The notes beneath the pieces are model-generated. The model was not told the origin of the DNA. It saw only the letters and a list, made by a program, of their open reading frames with translations, and made no database searches. From a virus (lineage: Duplodnaviria > Caudoviricetes), in the IMG/VR virus record IMGVR_UViG_3300045996_001423, positions 1 through 57,208 of that record: a stretch of 57,208 nucleotides of DNA; one strand, written 5' to 3'. Position numbers and translations under genes: made by a program. Below, piece by piece: positions 38,101-47,781 of the stretch (the first letter of the stretch is position 1; each line of letters opens with the position of its first letter).

Positions 38101-40964
38101 ACCCCGGTCACTCCAGCAGACGCCAGATTTTCGGAGTGCAGAAAGTAGTTGCCGAAGTTTACCTGACGAACGAAGAACACACGACCACGCTCGTTGCGCG
38201 GTACACTAAACGTTCTCGACGTAGAGCGAACTACAAGGTTCTTTCCGTCGTCACAACCCCACCCCTCGTCTGTGTAACGAACTTCGAAGCACTTCCCGGA
38301 GCCAAGATCCTGACCAGCATCTACGTGAATCTCACTCAGATCCCAACCAACGATTAGGGGGTGTACTACATCGGGGGCGAACGCTGTACCAGCGCTGACC
38401 CCGTACACGTTAGTCAGTTCGGTAACCGACGCGCTCCTTTGAAACAGCGACGACTGCGGACTATAGAACTGAGTAACCTGTTTACTCAGGTAGTCAGGTT
38501 TACCGAACTCAATAACGTGGTTGAATAGGTTCTGAGAGGCGCTCAGCCAGGTAGTTCTGACCGAAGTGATTTCCTCTGCCACAAGATCTGCAAACTCGGC
38601 GTTGGTAATCTTCAGAACGGCACCGGCTTTTGGTTCCGCAGTGAAGTACGTCGAGAACTGCTCGTAGGTTCCCTCGTAGTGGGCGACCGAACTCTCCGCA
38701 ACGACAGCCGCAGCCGCCAGTTCACACTCTGCTGACGTGCGCGGGCGGGGTGACAACTCGGTGCGAAACGACGACCGAACGCCGTTATCTCCCCACGATT
38801 CAGACTCTGTGTTTATACTGTCCTGGCTTCTCACCCTGCCCACAGCGGGACCGGCGCTGCGATACGACACCCGGAAGAACGTTCCCTTTGGGACGATAGA
38901 GGATGTCTGATTGAGGGTGTCTTTGAAGAACACAAGCTGATGCTGGCCGGGATTGAACTGCCCGGTTCCAAACATCGTGCTCTTCGTCTCCGCTCCGTTG
39001 GTTCCCCCAACCACAGTGGCCACCGAGGTGAAGCCGTCAAGCGCGTCCAGTTCATTCGGACCAACGACCCTAGACTGCCACTCTGAAGTGACGCTGATAT
39101 CGTCAATCCACACCGCACCCGCTGTACCTGTATAACTCAGAACAAACTGAAGGTCGTCGGGTATGGAGGCAAGCCCCGTCGTAAGGGTTCCGGTGACGAC
39201 TGTGTAGCCTGAACTCGTTAGGTCAGCCGTGTCAACGTAAAGCCCGGTCTCTGGAACTCCGGTGCCGAAGATGATTATCTTGGCCGTACCGGACGCTCCG
39301 ACCGACTTCATCATGCGGGCCGTGACGACGTACGCTTTGTTGGCGTCCAGTTTGCCTTTGGCATTCTGGTACAGGTACGTGTTCTGTCCCTCGACGTACT
39401 GAAGCTTTACAGCCTTACCTGAATAAGAGAAGAACTCCTCTTCGTACGCTTCGTTCCGGCCATTCCAGCCGTCCGGGTCACCATTGGACCAGTTGTCAAG
39501 GCTTAAGTTCGAAAGCGCCGACTGTGTAGCAAGCTCCAGTGATACAGCCAGTGGGACGCTGATAGTAATGCCGGTAACAGTGGCATGGAGATTTGTAGAA
39601 GAAATAGGTGCATACTGTGCAAACAACTCGCTCGACGTGACAGTCCCCTCATCAACCCAAAACCACTGGTTGGTAAGGCTCCCGTTCGACGGATCAATCT
39701 CGGAGATGACCGTAGACCAGACAACGCTGTCAGACTCTGCGGTTCCCTCGTACTCCTGCCGAACGCCTGCCGAGTCCAGATAACTGTAGCTCTGCGGCAT
39801 TCGATTGGTCTTGCTGAACTCTGCAACAGTCCGAATGACGTACCTTTTGGCAAGGTCGATGGTTACGCTGTTCGAACTGAGAGAGCCGCCAACTACCGGC
39901 TTCACCGTGGTTCCGTTAACGCTAATGCCGTATATACATCCGGACAGACCGGACGACGGGGCGGATTTCCACAGACCACCCACCACACCCTGCCCACTGA
40001 TAAAGTCAAACTCTCCGTGGGTAAGGCGAAGTCTTCCTTCGAGGGGAATTGCGTTTGTAGATAGGACGTAGGCTCCGTACGTACCGGTGCCACCTGCGCA
40101 ATTGAGATAACCGTCCGACACCGTGAAGTATCCGGGGGCGGGGTTCTGCAGAGTCCACACACTGGAGTTCAGCCCTCCAGTGAACATCTCGTCAATCAGC
40201 ACCGATGAATCGACGCCGAAGACAGAGGACATCAACGGAAAAGCGGAGTCCAGCCCAGTGCCCATGAAGTATTCGTGCACGTAGTTCTGGGGTTCAATCT
40301 CACCCAAAACAATTGCGTCGTTAACGATGGGTTCCGGAGACGGTCGTAGCGTCAGTCTGGAGGGGGTAAAGTGGGTATTGTCCGCGTCGATAATGACAGG
40401 GCTGGCGTCCTGAGGTACGTAGTAGAGCTTCTTGTCGTGTCCATAGAAACGGAAGTTTGAAGCTTTGCTGAACTCCTGAATTACCTCCGCAAACTTCTTG
40501 TTCGGGTCTATGGAGTACTGGGCTACGACAGGGCCATCCTGTATATTGGATACGTCGAACACACCCGGCTCAAGAAGATCAACAAGAGTTTTGATGATGG
40601 CACCCTGAGTGCGGTTGAGGAACGGGGGAACAAACCCGAGAGGTTTTAAGGAGAGGGATACTTCGTCACTCGCTGCCTGATATTTCTGCCCAAACACCGG
40701 CTGCTTTGTGGTACTGTCCTTGCCAATGTAGAACAGTTCCGGGTCGCTGACTACGTACCCCGTGAACCACTTGGGGTACTGTTCGGTATCAATTACGATA
40801 TACGAACCACGCCTAAGAGCGACGTAGTCGCTGTCAATTTTGGCCAGGGAAAAATCAAGAGTAACGGACTCGTTCTTTCGGTCTGTCTTGACCATCTCCC
40901 CGTGGACATAACGGATGTAGTCAGAGTTGGCACCAACTTGCGTGGTTGTAAACGTGTTCGGCAT
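35148..40964 (-). CDS. large tail tip / host-specificity protein (1938 aa)
   Basis: Follows tape measure; N-terminal hub-like region, CBM-like and Ig/FN3-like repeats, fibre-like C-terminus (IVAGAIGT, GIITNVT). Confidence 0.8.
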   Translation of the reverse strand: MPNTFTTTQVGANSDYIRYVHGEMVKTDRKNESVTLDFSLAKIDSDYVALRRGSYIVIDTEQYPKWFTGYVVSDPELFYIGKDSTTKQPVFGQKYQAASDEVSLSLKPLGFVPPFLNRTQGAIIKTLVDLLEPGVFDVSNIQDGPVVAQYSIDPNKKFAEVIQEFSKASNFRFYGHDKKLYYVPQDASPVIIDADNTHFTPSRLTLRPSPEPIVNDAIVLGEIEPQNYVHEYFMGTGLDSAFPLMSSVFGVDSSVLIDEMFTGGLNSSVWTLQNPAPGYFTVSDGYLNCAGGTGTYGAYVLSTNAIPLEGRLRLTHGEFDFISGQGVVGGLWKSAPSSGLSGCIYGISVNGTTVKPVVGGSLSSNSVTIDLAKRYVIRTVAEFSKTNRMPQSYSYLDSAGVRQEYEGTAESDSVVWSTVISEIDPSNGSLTNQWFWVDEGTVTSSELFAQYAPISSTNLHATVTGITISVPLAVSLELATQSALSNLSLDNWSNGDPDGWNGRNEAYEEEFFSYSGKAVKLQYVEGQNTYLYQNAKGKLDANKAYVVTARMMKSVGASGTAKIIIFGTGVPETGLYVDTADLTSSGYTVVTGTLTTGLASIPDDLQFVLSYTGTAGAVWIDDISVTSEWQSRVVGPNELDALDGFTSVATVVGGTNGAETKSTMFGTGQFNPGQHQLVFFKDTLNQTSSIVPKGTFFRVSYRSAGPAVGRVRSQDSINTESESWGDNGVRSSFRTELSPRPRTSAECELAAAAVVAESSVAHYEGTYEQFSTYFTAEPKAGAVLKITNAEFADLVAEEITSVRTTWLSASQNLFNHVIEFGKPDYLSKQVTQFYSPQSSLFQRSASVTELTNVYGVSAGTAFAPDVVHPLIVGWDLSEIHVDAGQDLGSGKCFEVRYTDEGWGCDDGKNLVVRSTSRTFSVPRNERGRVFFVRQVNFGNYFLHSENLASAGVTGVTRAIGLNPDGKQSEIDTVTVATSKSITVPTPAGVSRCLSLSVKGTAGVSLTLTFGSASKVIKLCGQWQRVSLGVSGATPSSLGLTSSSSVALSITRVSLEVGTTEERIYTKVKGEAYGPTSRYSAAVRVEFPLDTTEIAEELVAPGDVTLGAAHLDWEERSGVWHAVITVPVTPPEGDANFDRLFVFLQAPDDAVEIGAGKTGLSETEAAFYIDDDSNVASKMVSLSKPELQFEQRWNPEEPVVKVAYPEPKQSEDWRVIVVSGSKYVRNPLNRADSNNPSPSVKVTVTPHDAGANGSEWFPNARNVTGTMEYVNRRGAEQWWRWKLSWEHPTEDPRFKDIAYWDIIRFAPDIPNDPGTPEDDRYALVTGEPVSRTQYSLDGEWKVPEVETDYTVYVRPRGEDGKVNSVVHGVTGSYTFSVVRQSGAGGQENADLVTNEAATWEYDISPATGRKVIEITATCTLPEGSLDFGGYFVEHWRSDYPELGWRAITDTSSVAERIIYIEHLPSAPITVKLRWISVDADGNPNTYVEGTTPEVSLDIQPPHVSVPVSDVTGFSVAYTYMGSDYYGKEALLLTPTFTAPNDPTWAFIEFWAKREDGNWYLLGYPNQGGLPGAAIIEHLPETEYEWEFRAVAQDTNSRNRDGEVTTVPPLWPTGTPGFSLTIPPPSGALDGNKIANIPAAAHAAGLSITHLVSSLPAMPNAAYPTGTPVVLTSSTPYKLYRSTGSGWTAAVDAIDILNANTIIAGNVVAGAIGTTQLSTNEILVGPGSGRPVRFVVRDLLGTLLCMVGEDQGIPYQGAYFRNIKIAPGILSSSPKLECNGSTLEMVGGTFTLSLNSVITKLTNEFAHGFVAGLQVYTTSNTNMVIVRPGAISMHPTTSSGTNFSLIASSSSDASMVLYTSGGSERLRFDANPFGGVVSVRDDSGNITVQVAGSGILLSGTGANVSVNGSSGWTGFIGYTKNDGVSTGTITVNAGIITNVT

Positions 40965-41330
40965 TTATTCAATTCCTGACAAAACCTTCTGGATGGCTTC
41001 CCATCGCCTGTGTCCGACGACCGCCACCAACTGCCTCCTCTTCTCATTGTTCCCTCGTGAGGTAGACATGAGAACAAGGAGCAGATCAAACAAAAGAGGG
41101 GATAATTCTACGTCGTTAAAGCTGTGACAATTGAGCGTGAGGGTAAAATCAAGTGCGTCTTTAATACTGCTGGTGGTGAACCGGGAACAGTTGAGATCGC
41201 AGTTCTTTAGGGTGAGGCCGTTCAGTTTGTTGAAAGTACAGTCATGGAACAGCCCGTTGTTGTGCTCACCGGAGAGGGTTGAGCAGTCCTCTCCGATGTG
41301 CACCTCGTTAAACTTTCTTAGCTCACTCAT
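40965..41330 (-). CDS. hypothetical protein with short pentapeptide-like repeats
   Basis: FHDCT-FNKLN..LKNCD-LNCSR-FTTSS. Confidence 0.55.
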   Translation of the reverse strand: MSELRKFNEVHIGEDCSTLSGEHNNGLFHDCTFNKLNGLTLKNCDLNCSRFTTSSIKDALDFTLTLNCHSFNDVELSPLLFDLLLVLMSTSRGNNEKRRQLVAVVGHRRWEAIQKVLSGIE

Positions 41331-44300
41331 GGAATCAGACGCGCTTTGCGGTACACTTCATCGAGGAAGGCGTTAGCCGCTTGCTGACCGGCTTGCGTAC
41401 CAGTGCCTTGAATCACTACGTCTACGCTGCCAATCTGAATCACGCTGCCCACCCCTGCTGGCGCAAAGGACACTGACATTCCCACCAACGCTTTCAGATC
41501 TTGAAGCTTCTGAATGTAACCATCCAAAGCGTTCAGGGCAAGCTCCTCGTCGCGGCGGCGAACCGCAGCGATGTCGGTCGAGAGGTTAAAGATCTCTCGC
41601 TCCTTCTGCACCCTCTGGTCTGTAAGTCTGATCTGATCGTCAAGCTGTCTGAGTTGCTCAGTGTGCTCTTCTCTCAGTCGATCCAGTTCTTTACCCCGAG
41701 TGACGGAGCCTGCCTGACGACGCTCAATGGAGTCGGCGTTGATCAGGTCGAACTCACGTTGCTTGAAATCGTCCAGCAGAGACTGACGCTGTTTTAACAA
41801 ATCGTTCAGCCGTAAGACTTCCTGAATGGCATCCCTTTCGGATTGCTCCAGTTCCCTCGCTAGGTCCGCTTGAAGATCGGCCAACGACAACCGGAGGAAC
41901 TCGGCGGCTTTGGCGGCGTCACCCCCAGCGCCAAGATAGTCCTTGACCTGTTGGTTAATGCTACGCCACTGGCGGTCAACCTGACTCAGAGTGTCGGATT
42001 GAATTCGCAGACTCTGAAGGGCAGAATCAAAATCCGTGACAATCTGTTGTTGTGTTTGGCGAAGCTCCGCAATCTCCCGGTCGAACTCGGGTAGGATCTC
42101 CTTTAATTGATCCTTACCACCCTTCTTTCCGGAAAGTCGGGCAATCGCTTCTGACCGCTGCCGTTCCAGTTGCTGAATCGTTGTGACCAGCGTTGCGTTG
42201 CCGGAACGATACTGGTCAATGGTCTTTTCGAAGCTCCGCTTTACATCCTCTGCAATTTTCTTTGCAGCGTTTGCAAACAAACTACCAACAAAACTCAACA
42301 CCCCGCTGATGGCGGGCAGGAACTGGCCGACGCCGGGGATGAACGACAGCGCCCCAGACAACTGCCCCGTCACAGCGCCGACACCTCCAAGGATTCCTCC
42401 CTGCGCACGGCCCTGCTTGAACGTATCAACCAGTGCTCCGATATTTGCCAGAGCGTCCACGGCTGCGTTCGCTCCTATCGCGAACCGCGTAACACCATCT
42501 TCCGCTTTGCTAAACGCCTCTCGAACACCCGGACCAATCAGCAGGTCCAACACCCGAGTGAAAGACGACTTCACTGACGGGGCGGCGGATTCCACAACTT
42601 GGTTGAACTCCAACAGTTCCTTACCTGCCTGCTCAAGAGCCTCTGTAAACTGCTCTCTCGCCTGCTGAAACACGGGGTCGTCGCTTTGCCCAAACACCCG
42701 GTCGAACTGCCTAAGATTCTCAGACGCCCCCGCTACCCGTTCCTGCCGCCGTTGACGCTCTTCCTGAATGACCCGGTCTCGCTCAATATTGCGAACGGCT
42801 GGGTTAGCGACTCCGGCTTCAACCTGTCCAAGCCTCTGCTGAAACAACGACAGACGCTGATTCTCCAAGCCCTTAAGCTCCAGAACAAGTCGCCGCGTTT
42901 CTTCAGACTCTGCGTTCTTTGCTGCCGCCACTTGAAGTTGAAGGAGTTTTTCTCTCTCCAACTGGTCAAGCTCTCTGGACTTTAGGTCCAGCAAAGCCGT
43001 CTGAGAGGACGACACGCCGACAGGCTGAGATATAACGTCGGTTATACTTGCCTCAAGCGCCCGCTGCTCCAGCACCAGAGAACGCTGTTGTTGGAAGAAT
43101 TCCGTACGTCGGTTCTGCTCTTCTAACAGTAATTGTTCTCGGATTCTCGTGTTCAACCGAACCTGCTCTGTGTACTCCTGCTCTGTCTGTCGGTACTCGT
43201 TTACGAGCCTTTCGTACTCATCTGATCCGGCTGCTTCAGAATCAAGTCTCAGTTTTAACAGCCTCTGCCTGGCGTTGTGGTTTGTTTCGGCAGCGACGAG
43301 GGTAGCGTCAAAATACTGCACCTCTGTTAAAAATCCTTGCTGCCTAAGCTCCTGCAGTTCAGTGAGTTCCGCTTGCGCCGTCTGCTGCAGCAGTTCGAGT
43401 CTGCCCTTAAACCGCTCCTCTAGAACCGAACGAAGCTCTCTACTCGCCAACCTTTCGGCGTTGAGGTTTTCTTTCTCGATGCGCCGACGCTCTCTCTCGA
43501 ACTGCTCGTTGATCGACAGTTCTTCTTTCGCCAGAGTCTCCAGCGCCTGCTTTCTGTCTTTTTCCAACGCCGGATCGTTACGAACTTTGCCCCGCTGGTC
43601 TGCAACTGTCTTCAACGCCCGTTGGCGCAATACTTCTATTTCAGACAACTCCTGAGCGTTCGCTTTAACTATTTGCGCTGACGCGTCACGCTGCGATATC
43701 ACTCGATCAGACAACGTACGATTGATGTCCTGCTGCAAGTCGTCATACTTCTCTTTGATCGCATTTAGTTCGTTGGTGATTAACTGCTTCTCTGTGGCGA
43801 ACTGTTTAGACAACTCTGACAGGTGCGACCTGTTATCAAACCCAGGGGGCTTAACCTTAGGGTCTGTTATGTCTAGCGGACCCGCACCCAACTGTTCTCT
43901 GGTCGGACCAAACGGTGCTCTCCCAACTCCGTTGATTATAAAGTCTGTGGCAGCGCGTGTGTCCCTGTCGAGATCTGAAGAAAACTTTTGGTATTCCTTC
44001 CTCGCCTTCTCAAAGTCTTCTTTAGACGGTAAGAAAGAACCGTTCTTCTTCATTGACTCGAAGTTTTTTACCGAAAACTCAGCGAGTGCCAAAATGTCTT
44101 TAAGAACGTGTGTTACACCAACTCCGGCAATAGCAACTAGTTTTAGCGCTTCTTCCAGAAGAGGAAAGGCTCTTAACAACCTACCCCATCCTTCTGCAAT
44201 TGACGACAGCCCGTCCACAAACAGGGCAAACCAACGAGACAATACGGGGCTGTTCTTTTGTAGCCATTCGTTCAGGTACTGTAAAGCCGCCGTAAGACGC

Positions 44301-46459
44301 GAAAACAGATTGTTTGTTGCGTCACTGGTGATGATGTCAAACAGCAACGTTATTTGATTGATAAGCTTCTGCTGAGTTCCTTCACCCGCCTTGACGGCCT
44401 GATCGTACTTCTGCATGTACGGTGTAAGCTGAGCAATCAGGTCTCTATGAGTTTTTGCGTTGGCCGTGATCTGCTCCCAGCGACGATTGGAAATTCCAAG
44501 CATCGTCAGGAACTTGTTTCCCCCCTCCGACAGTTCTCCGCGAAAGAGTTTCGCTACTTCCTCAAGGGAGATCTGGGTAGCGAGAGGGCCGGAACCCATG
44601 TTCGTCAGAAGAACCTGGAACTTCTCAGTCAGCGTTATGACCTCGCGGAGATCCTTTACGAGACCAACCGCCCCAGACTCTGTAAGAGCCTTGAACGTGT
44701 TCTGCAAATCCTCCAACCCCAGCCCGGTTGCGGCGGCACGCTGCCTGAGAATCGCCAGAGTTTCCGTAGCCGCTTGCTGCGACAGACGGAAGTTCTCGCT
44801 CATATCCTGAGAAAGTTCGACGTTGGCGAAGATGGTCGTCGTAAGGCTGTGCTGACGCTCTTCCATTTCACGGAGAACGTCGAGTCCGTTTTTGGCTGCT
44901 TTGAATGGCGCTGACAGAGCGGCAAACAACGCTTGTTCGAGAAGGATGATTCCCTGAATAACAAGAATCATCTTCGTCATAGACGCGGTGTAGAGGCGGA
45001 TGTCCTCCACAGCCCTACCCAAGAACGATTGATTCTGTTTGGCGTGAAGGTTGGTTTCCGAGCGGAGCTTTCGAGTAGCTCTCCCCGCCTCGTTGATTAG
45101 AGCTTCCTGCTCCTTGAGAAGTTTGTTGTACTCCGCCTGCTGGTTTACGTCTGGGGCGGCGGTACCTGATCCACGATTGGGATTAACTCGAAAGCGGTTT
45201 TCAAACTCTTTGATCTTTTGGTCAACCGCGTCAAAATCACTTTGCAGTCGCTTTAAGTACTCGTTGACGTTGCCTTTTAGTTCCAGTCGGCTGAGCCGTT
45301 CCAGACGCTGCCGGGTCTCCTCCAGAGAGCGATTGACGCGTTCCTGCTCTGCTTGTGCGTCTTGATTGGCCTGACGACGAACAGAGGACAACTCTCGCAC
45401 AAGAGTGCGTTGCTGCTTGGTGAGGTCGTTATACTCTTTAACACGAGCTATCTGCTCCGGAGAAGCCCCTTCCTCTGAGGTGGGGCGGTTCGTTCGTATA
45501 TCCGAGGCAAGTTGCTCGCGCTGTTGCTTGACGCGGGCGACAATACCTTCCAGTTCCCTCTGGTAAGCTTCCCTGTCCCCTGACGCCTTGGTCTGAGCAA
45601 GCTGCAACTCTTCGTTAATGCGGCCCGTCGCCTTAGCAGCGTTTTCGTACTGTGTGAGAGTCTTCGACAGATTGTCAGCGGCGCGGTTTACAACTCCTTC
45701 CCGCTCGATCTCGAAGTCCTGCTGAGCCTTACGACGACGCTCTTCAATCTGAAACAGCCCTTCGGCCATTTCCATGTCCTGCTCAAACACCTTCCGCCCG
45801 CGAGCAGCGGCGTCTCCTTCAGACTTCTCCCGTGTCCTTTGAAAATCAGCAAGGTACTGTTCACGCTCGTCATCGAACTTCTTCTGCGACCTGTTCCGTC
45901 TCTCCTCAAGATCAGCAAGCTCCTGAGCGACTTTCATCTCCTGATTAAGAATGTCGCGACGCGCTAGCGCGGCCTTTTCTTCTGTGGCCCCACCCCGAGA
46001 CGCCTCGCCAGACTGCTCAGTCTCTAAATTGCGAAACGCACGTTCAGCTTCTGTAATGCTTTCTTTATATTTTTCCAGAAGCTTTCGATTGTTCTCAATC
46101 CGCTGCTCTTCTTCGCTAAGTGCACCAATCGCGGCCTTCTGCTTTCTCGCGGTGGCATCAATCTGTCGGCGGGTAGACTCCTCAGACGCACGGTCTTGTC
46201 TCCCAAACGAGTCCTCAACTGCCTTGGACAACTCCCTCATGGACTGAGCGGTTTCGTCCATGGCGTTCATTACGGCAGAGACCTGTTCCTGCAAACCTTT
46301 GAACGCACCAGCCCCTAATACATTGGGGGCGTCGTCACCCAGTTCGCGAACCCACTTCTGGTAAAGAGCCTTGAGTTCTTGCAGGCCACGCTGGAACTTG
46401 GATGTGTCAACCTTGATTTCAAGTACTTCTGTAAACGTTGCCTGAAGATTCTCTGCCAT
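41327..46459 (-). CDS. tape measure protein
   Basis: 1710 aa helical/coiled-coil, Gly-rich hydrophobic C-terminal region, downstream of tail chaperones. Confidence 0.88.
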   Translation of the reverse strand: MAENLQATFTEVLEIKVDTSKFQRGLQELKALYQKWVRELGDDAPNVLGAGAFKGLQEQVSAVMNAMDETAQSMRELSKAVEDSFGRQDRASEESTRRQIDATARKQKAAIGALSEEEQRIENNRKLLEKYKESITEAERAFRNLETEQSGEASRGGATEEKAALARRDILNQEMKVAQELADLEERRNRSQKKFDDEREQYLADFQRTREKSEGDAAARGRKVFEQDMEMAEGLFQIEERRRKAQQDFEIEREGVVNRAADNLSKTLTQYENAAKATGRINEELQLAQTKASGDREAYQRELEGIVARVKQQREQLASDIRTNRPTSEEGASPEQIARVKEYNDLTKQQRTLVRELSSVRRQANQDAQAEQERVNRSLEETRQRLERLSRLELKGNVNEYLKRLQSDFDAVDQKIKEFENRFRVNPNRGSGTAAPDVNQQAEYNKLLKEQEALINEAGRATRKLRSETNLHAKQNQSFLGRAVEDIRLYTASMTKMILVIQGIILLEQALFAALSAPFKAAKNGLDVLREMEERQHSLTTTIFANVELSQDMSENFRLSQQAATETLAILRQRAAATGLGLEDLQNTFKALTESGAVGLVKDLREVITLTEKFQVLLTNMGSGPLATQISLEEVAKLFRGELSEGGNKFLTMLGISNRRWEQITANAKTHRDLIAQLTPYMQKYDQAVKAGEGTQQKLINQITLLFDIITSDATNNLFSRLTAALQYLNEWLQKNSPVLSRWFALFVDGLSSIAEGWGRLLRAFPLLEEALKLVAIAGVGVTHVLKDILALAEFSVKNFESMKKNGSFLPSKEDFEKARKEYQKFSSDLDRDTRAATDFIINGVGRAPFGPTREQLGAGPLDITDPKVKPPGFDNRSHLSELSKQFATEKQLITNELNAIKEKYDDLQQDINRTLSDRVISQRDASAQIVKANAQELSEIEVLRQRALKTVADQRGKVRNDPALEKDRKQALETLAKEELSINEQFERERRRIEKENLNAERLASRELRSVLEERFKGRLELLQQTAQAELTELQELRQQGFLTEVQYFDATLVAAETNHNARQRLLKLRLDSEAAGSDEYERLVNEYRQTEQEYTEQVRLNTRIREQLLLEEQNRRTEFFQQQRSLVLEQRALEASITDVISQPVGVSSSQTALLDLKSRELDQLEREKLLQLQVAAAKNAESEETRRLVLELKGLENQRLSLFQQRLGQVEAGVANPAVRNIERDRVIQEERQRRQERVAGASENLRQFDRVFGQSDDPVFQQAREQFTEALEQAGKELLEFNQVVESAAPSVKSSFTRVLDLLIGPGVREAFSKAEDGVTRFAIGANAAVDALANIGALVDTFKQGRAQGGILGGVGAVTGQLSGALSFIPGVGQFLPAISGVLSFVGSLFANAAKKIAEDVKRSFEKTIDQYRSGNATLVTTIQQLERQRSEAIARLSGKKGGKDQLKEILPEFDREIAELRQTQQQIVTDFDSALQSLRIQSDTLSQVDRQWRSINQQVKDYLGAGGDAAKAAEFLRLSLADLQADLARELEQSERDAIQEVLRLNDLLKQRQSLLDDFKQREFDLINADSIERRQAGSVTRGKELDRLREEHTEQLRQLDDQIRLTDQRVQKEREIFNLSTDIAAVRRRDEELALNALDGYIQKLQDLKALVGMSVSFAPAGVGSVIQIGSVDVVIQGTGTQAGQQAANAFLDEVYRKARLIP

Positions 46460-47004
46460 TACTCGCTCCTAACGATTTCTACTTTCGCTTCGTCATTGAA
46501 GACTTCTGAGGCGTGCTGTCCGCCGAGTCTGCCGTAGGCCGGGTCCATTTCCCTGAGGCCGGGGATGTTGCTGGACATACTCTCGACAATCAGTTCTTTT
46601 GCTTTGTGAGCGGTGTCCGATACAGCGTCTGTCACTACCTTGGGGTTGTCAGCGCCGCCGTTCCGCAGAGCTTGCTTCGCCCAATTGCGGAAGAGTTCCC
46701 GTATGTCTGGCATCACCTTTGTTACCGACCGAGAGGCTCGAACGCCGGGGTGATCTACCTGCAGAGCATGGCGAAGTTCACCATCCTGGGGGAAGATTAA
46801 CTGTCCGTTTCCTTTTGGGGTGATTGTGTATTCCTGACCGGGACTGCGCTCGTTCTTGGTGGCTGTGCCGAACTCGTTGTAATACCACCATTTCAGATCA
46901 GGAGGCGTGGTCAGTCGAGCGGCTACGTTCTTCTCTTCCCGCCATCTCTTCAAGCGCTCCTCAAGAGCTTTCGTGAAATGACCCTGTACTTGTGGTGTGA
47001 ACAT
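46459..47004 (-). CDS. HK97 gp10-like neck/tail completion protein
   Basis: YYNEFGT...YTITPK...QVDHPG motif. Confidence 0.6.
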   Translation of the reverse strand: MFTPQVQGHFTKALEERLKRWREEKNVAARLTTPPDLKWWYYNEFGTATKNERSPGQEYTITPKGNGQLIFPQDGELRHALQVDHPGVRASRSVTKVMPDIRELFRNWAKQALRNGGADNPKVVTDAVSDTAHKAKELIVESMSSNIPGLREMDPAYGRLGGQHASEVFNDEAKVEIVRSE

Positions 47005-47009
47005 CGTGG

Positions 47010-47722
47010 CTACCAGTTCCTGTAATAGTGGTTCAACTCGTCTGCGTTCAATTCGGAAAACCTTTTACCGAACTCGGTAACGTACGGATCTTCAGGTGTT
47101 CCCTTGTCCTGCTGCGTGCTGCCTGATTTAGAGTCCAGTCGCTTTCCGTTAACCCACGAGGCGTGGTTGAGCATGAGCATCTGGGGGACGGTCATCTTGA
47201 CGGCGTTCTGGAACGACCAGTGGTACGCCTGACACAGAGAATCAACGGCTAGGAGCGGGTTCCACCTGTCATCGCTCCCATCGCCGCTTTCATCAGTGGA
47301 AGCGTCTGTACGAAAAAATCTCCGATGTCCTTGATAACGTTGTTCTGCTGAATCTGGAGCAGGACGATTCGGGCGAGGTTGATGGGGTTCTTACCGAGAC
47401 GCTTTACGTCGTCAACCTTGATGGTGGGGTCAGTCTGACTGCAGACTATGCACACCATTTCCGGCAACCCGTCAACGCAGTACTTGAACAGATCAGCGAC
47501 GGAAACAGACTCTCCCTCTACAGCGAGAACGTCCCGAACAAGGAACTTTTTGGCCACTGATTCCAGCAGGGGGGCAAGCAGGGCCAGAAACTTTACATAG
47601 TCGTCGTACGCCAGATCAACGATCTTGAAGGAGCGATCTCCAAGGTTGAACGACACAGCGGACAGCGCCGGATCATTGGTAGCGGCGCGGGCGATTTCTA
47701 GATTTGAAATATTTTTGTCCAT
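47010..47722 (-). CDS. tail assembly chaperone, long (-1 frameshift) form: 47722..47313 then -1 frame to 47010
   Basis: T-TTT-TTC slippery site; the -1 frame is open to the stop at 47010. Confidence 0.75.
47249..47722 (-). CDS. tail assembly chaperone, short form
   Basis: Lies between tail tube and tape measure; slippery site near its 3' end. Confidence 0.8.
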   Translation of the reverse strand: MDKNISNLEIARAATNDPALSAVSFNLGDRSFKIVDLAYDDYVKFLALLAPLLESVAKKFLVRDVLAVEGESVSVADLFKYCVDGLPEMVCIVCSQTDPTIKVDDVKRLGKNPINLARIVLLQIQQNNVIKDIGDFFVQTLPLMKAAMGAMTGGTRS

Positions 47723-47723
47723 G

Positions 47724-47760
47724 AAAAGAAAAAGCCCCGCACCCAGAAGGACGCGAGGCT
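47724..47760 (-). terminator. intrinsic terminator
   Basis: AGCCTCGCGTCC-TTCT-GGGTGCGGGGCT followed by TTTTCTTTT. Confidence 0.8.
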
Positions 47761-47781
47761 AAATAGGAAGAAACCATTTTC

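Noticed and set aside
33089-40964. Diversity-generating retroelement or invertible tail-fibre cassette
   Set aside because: No reverse transcriptase, invertase or TR/VR repeat pair was seen by eye. A self dot-plot would be needed to exclude it fully.
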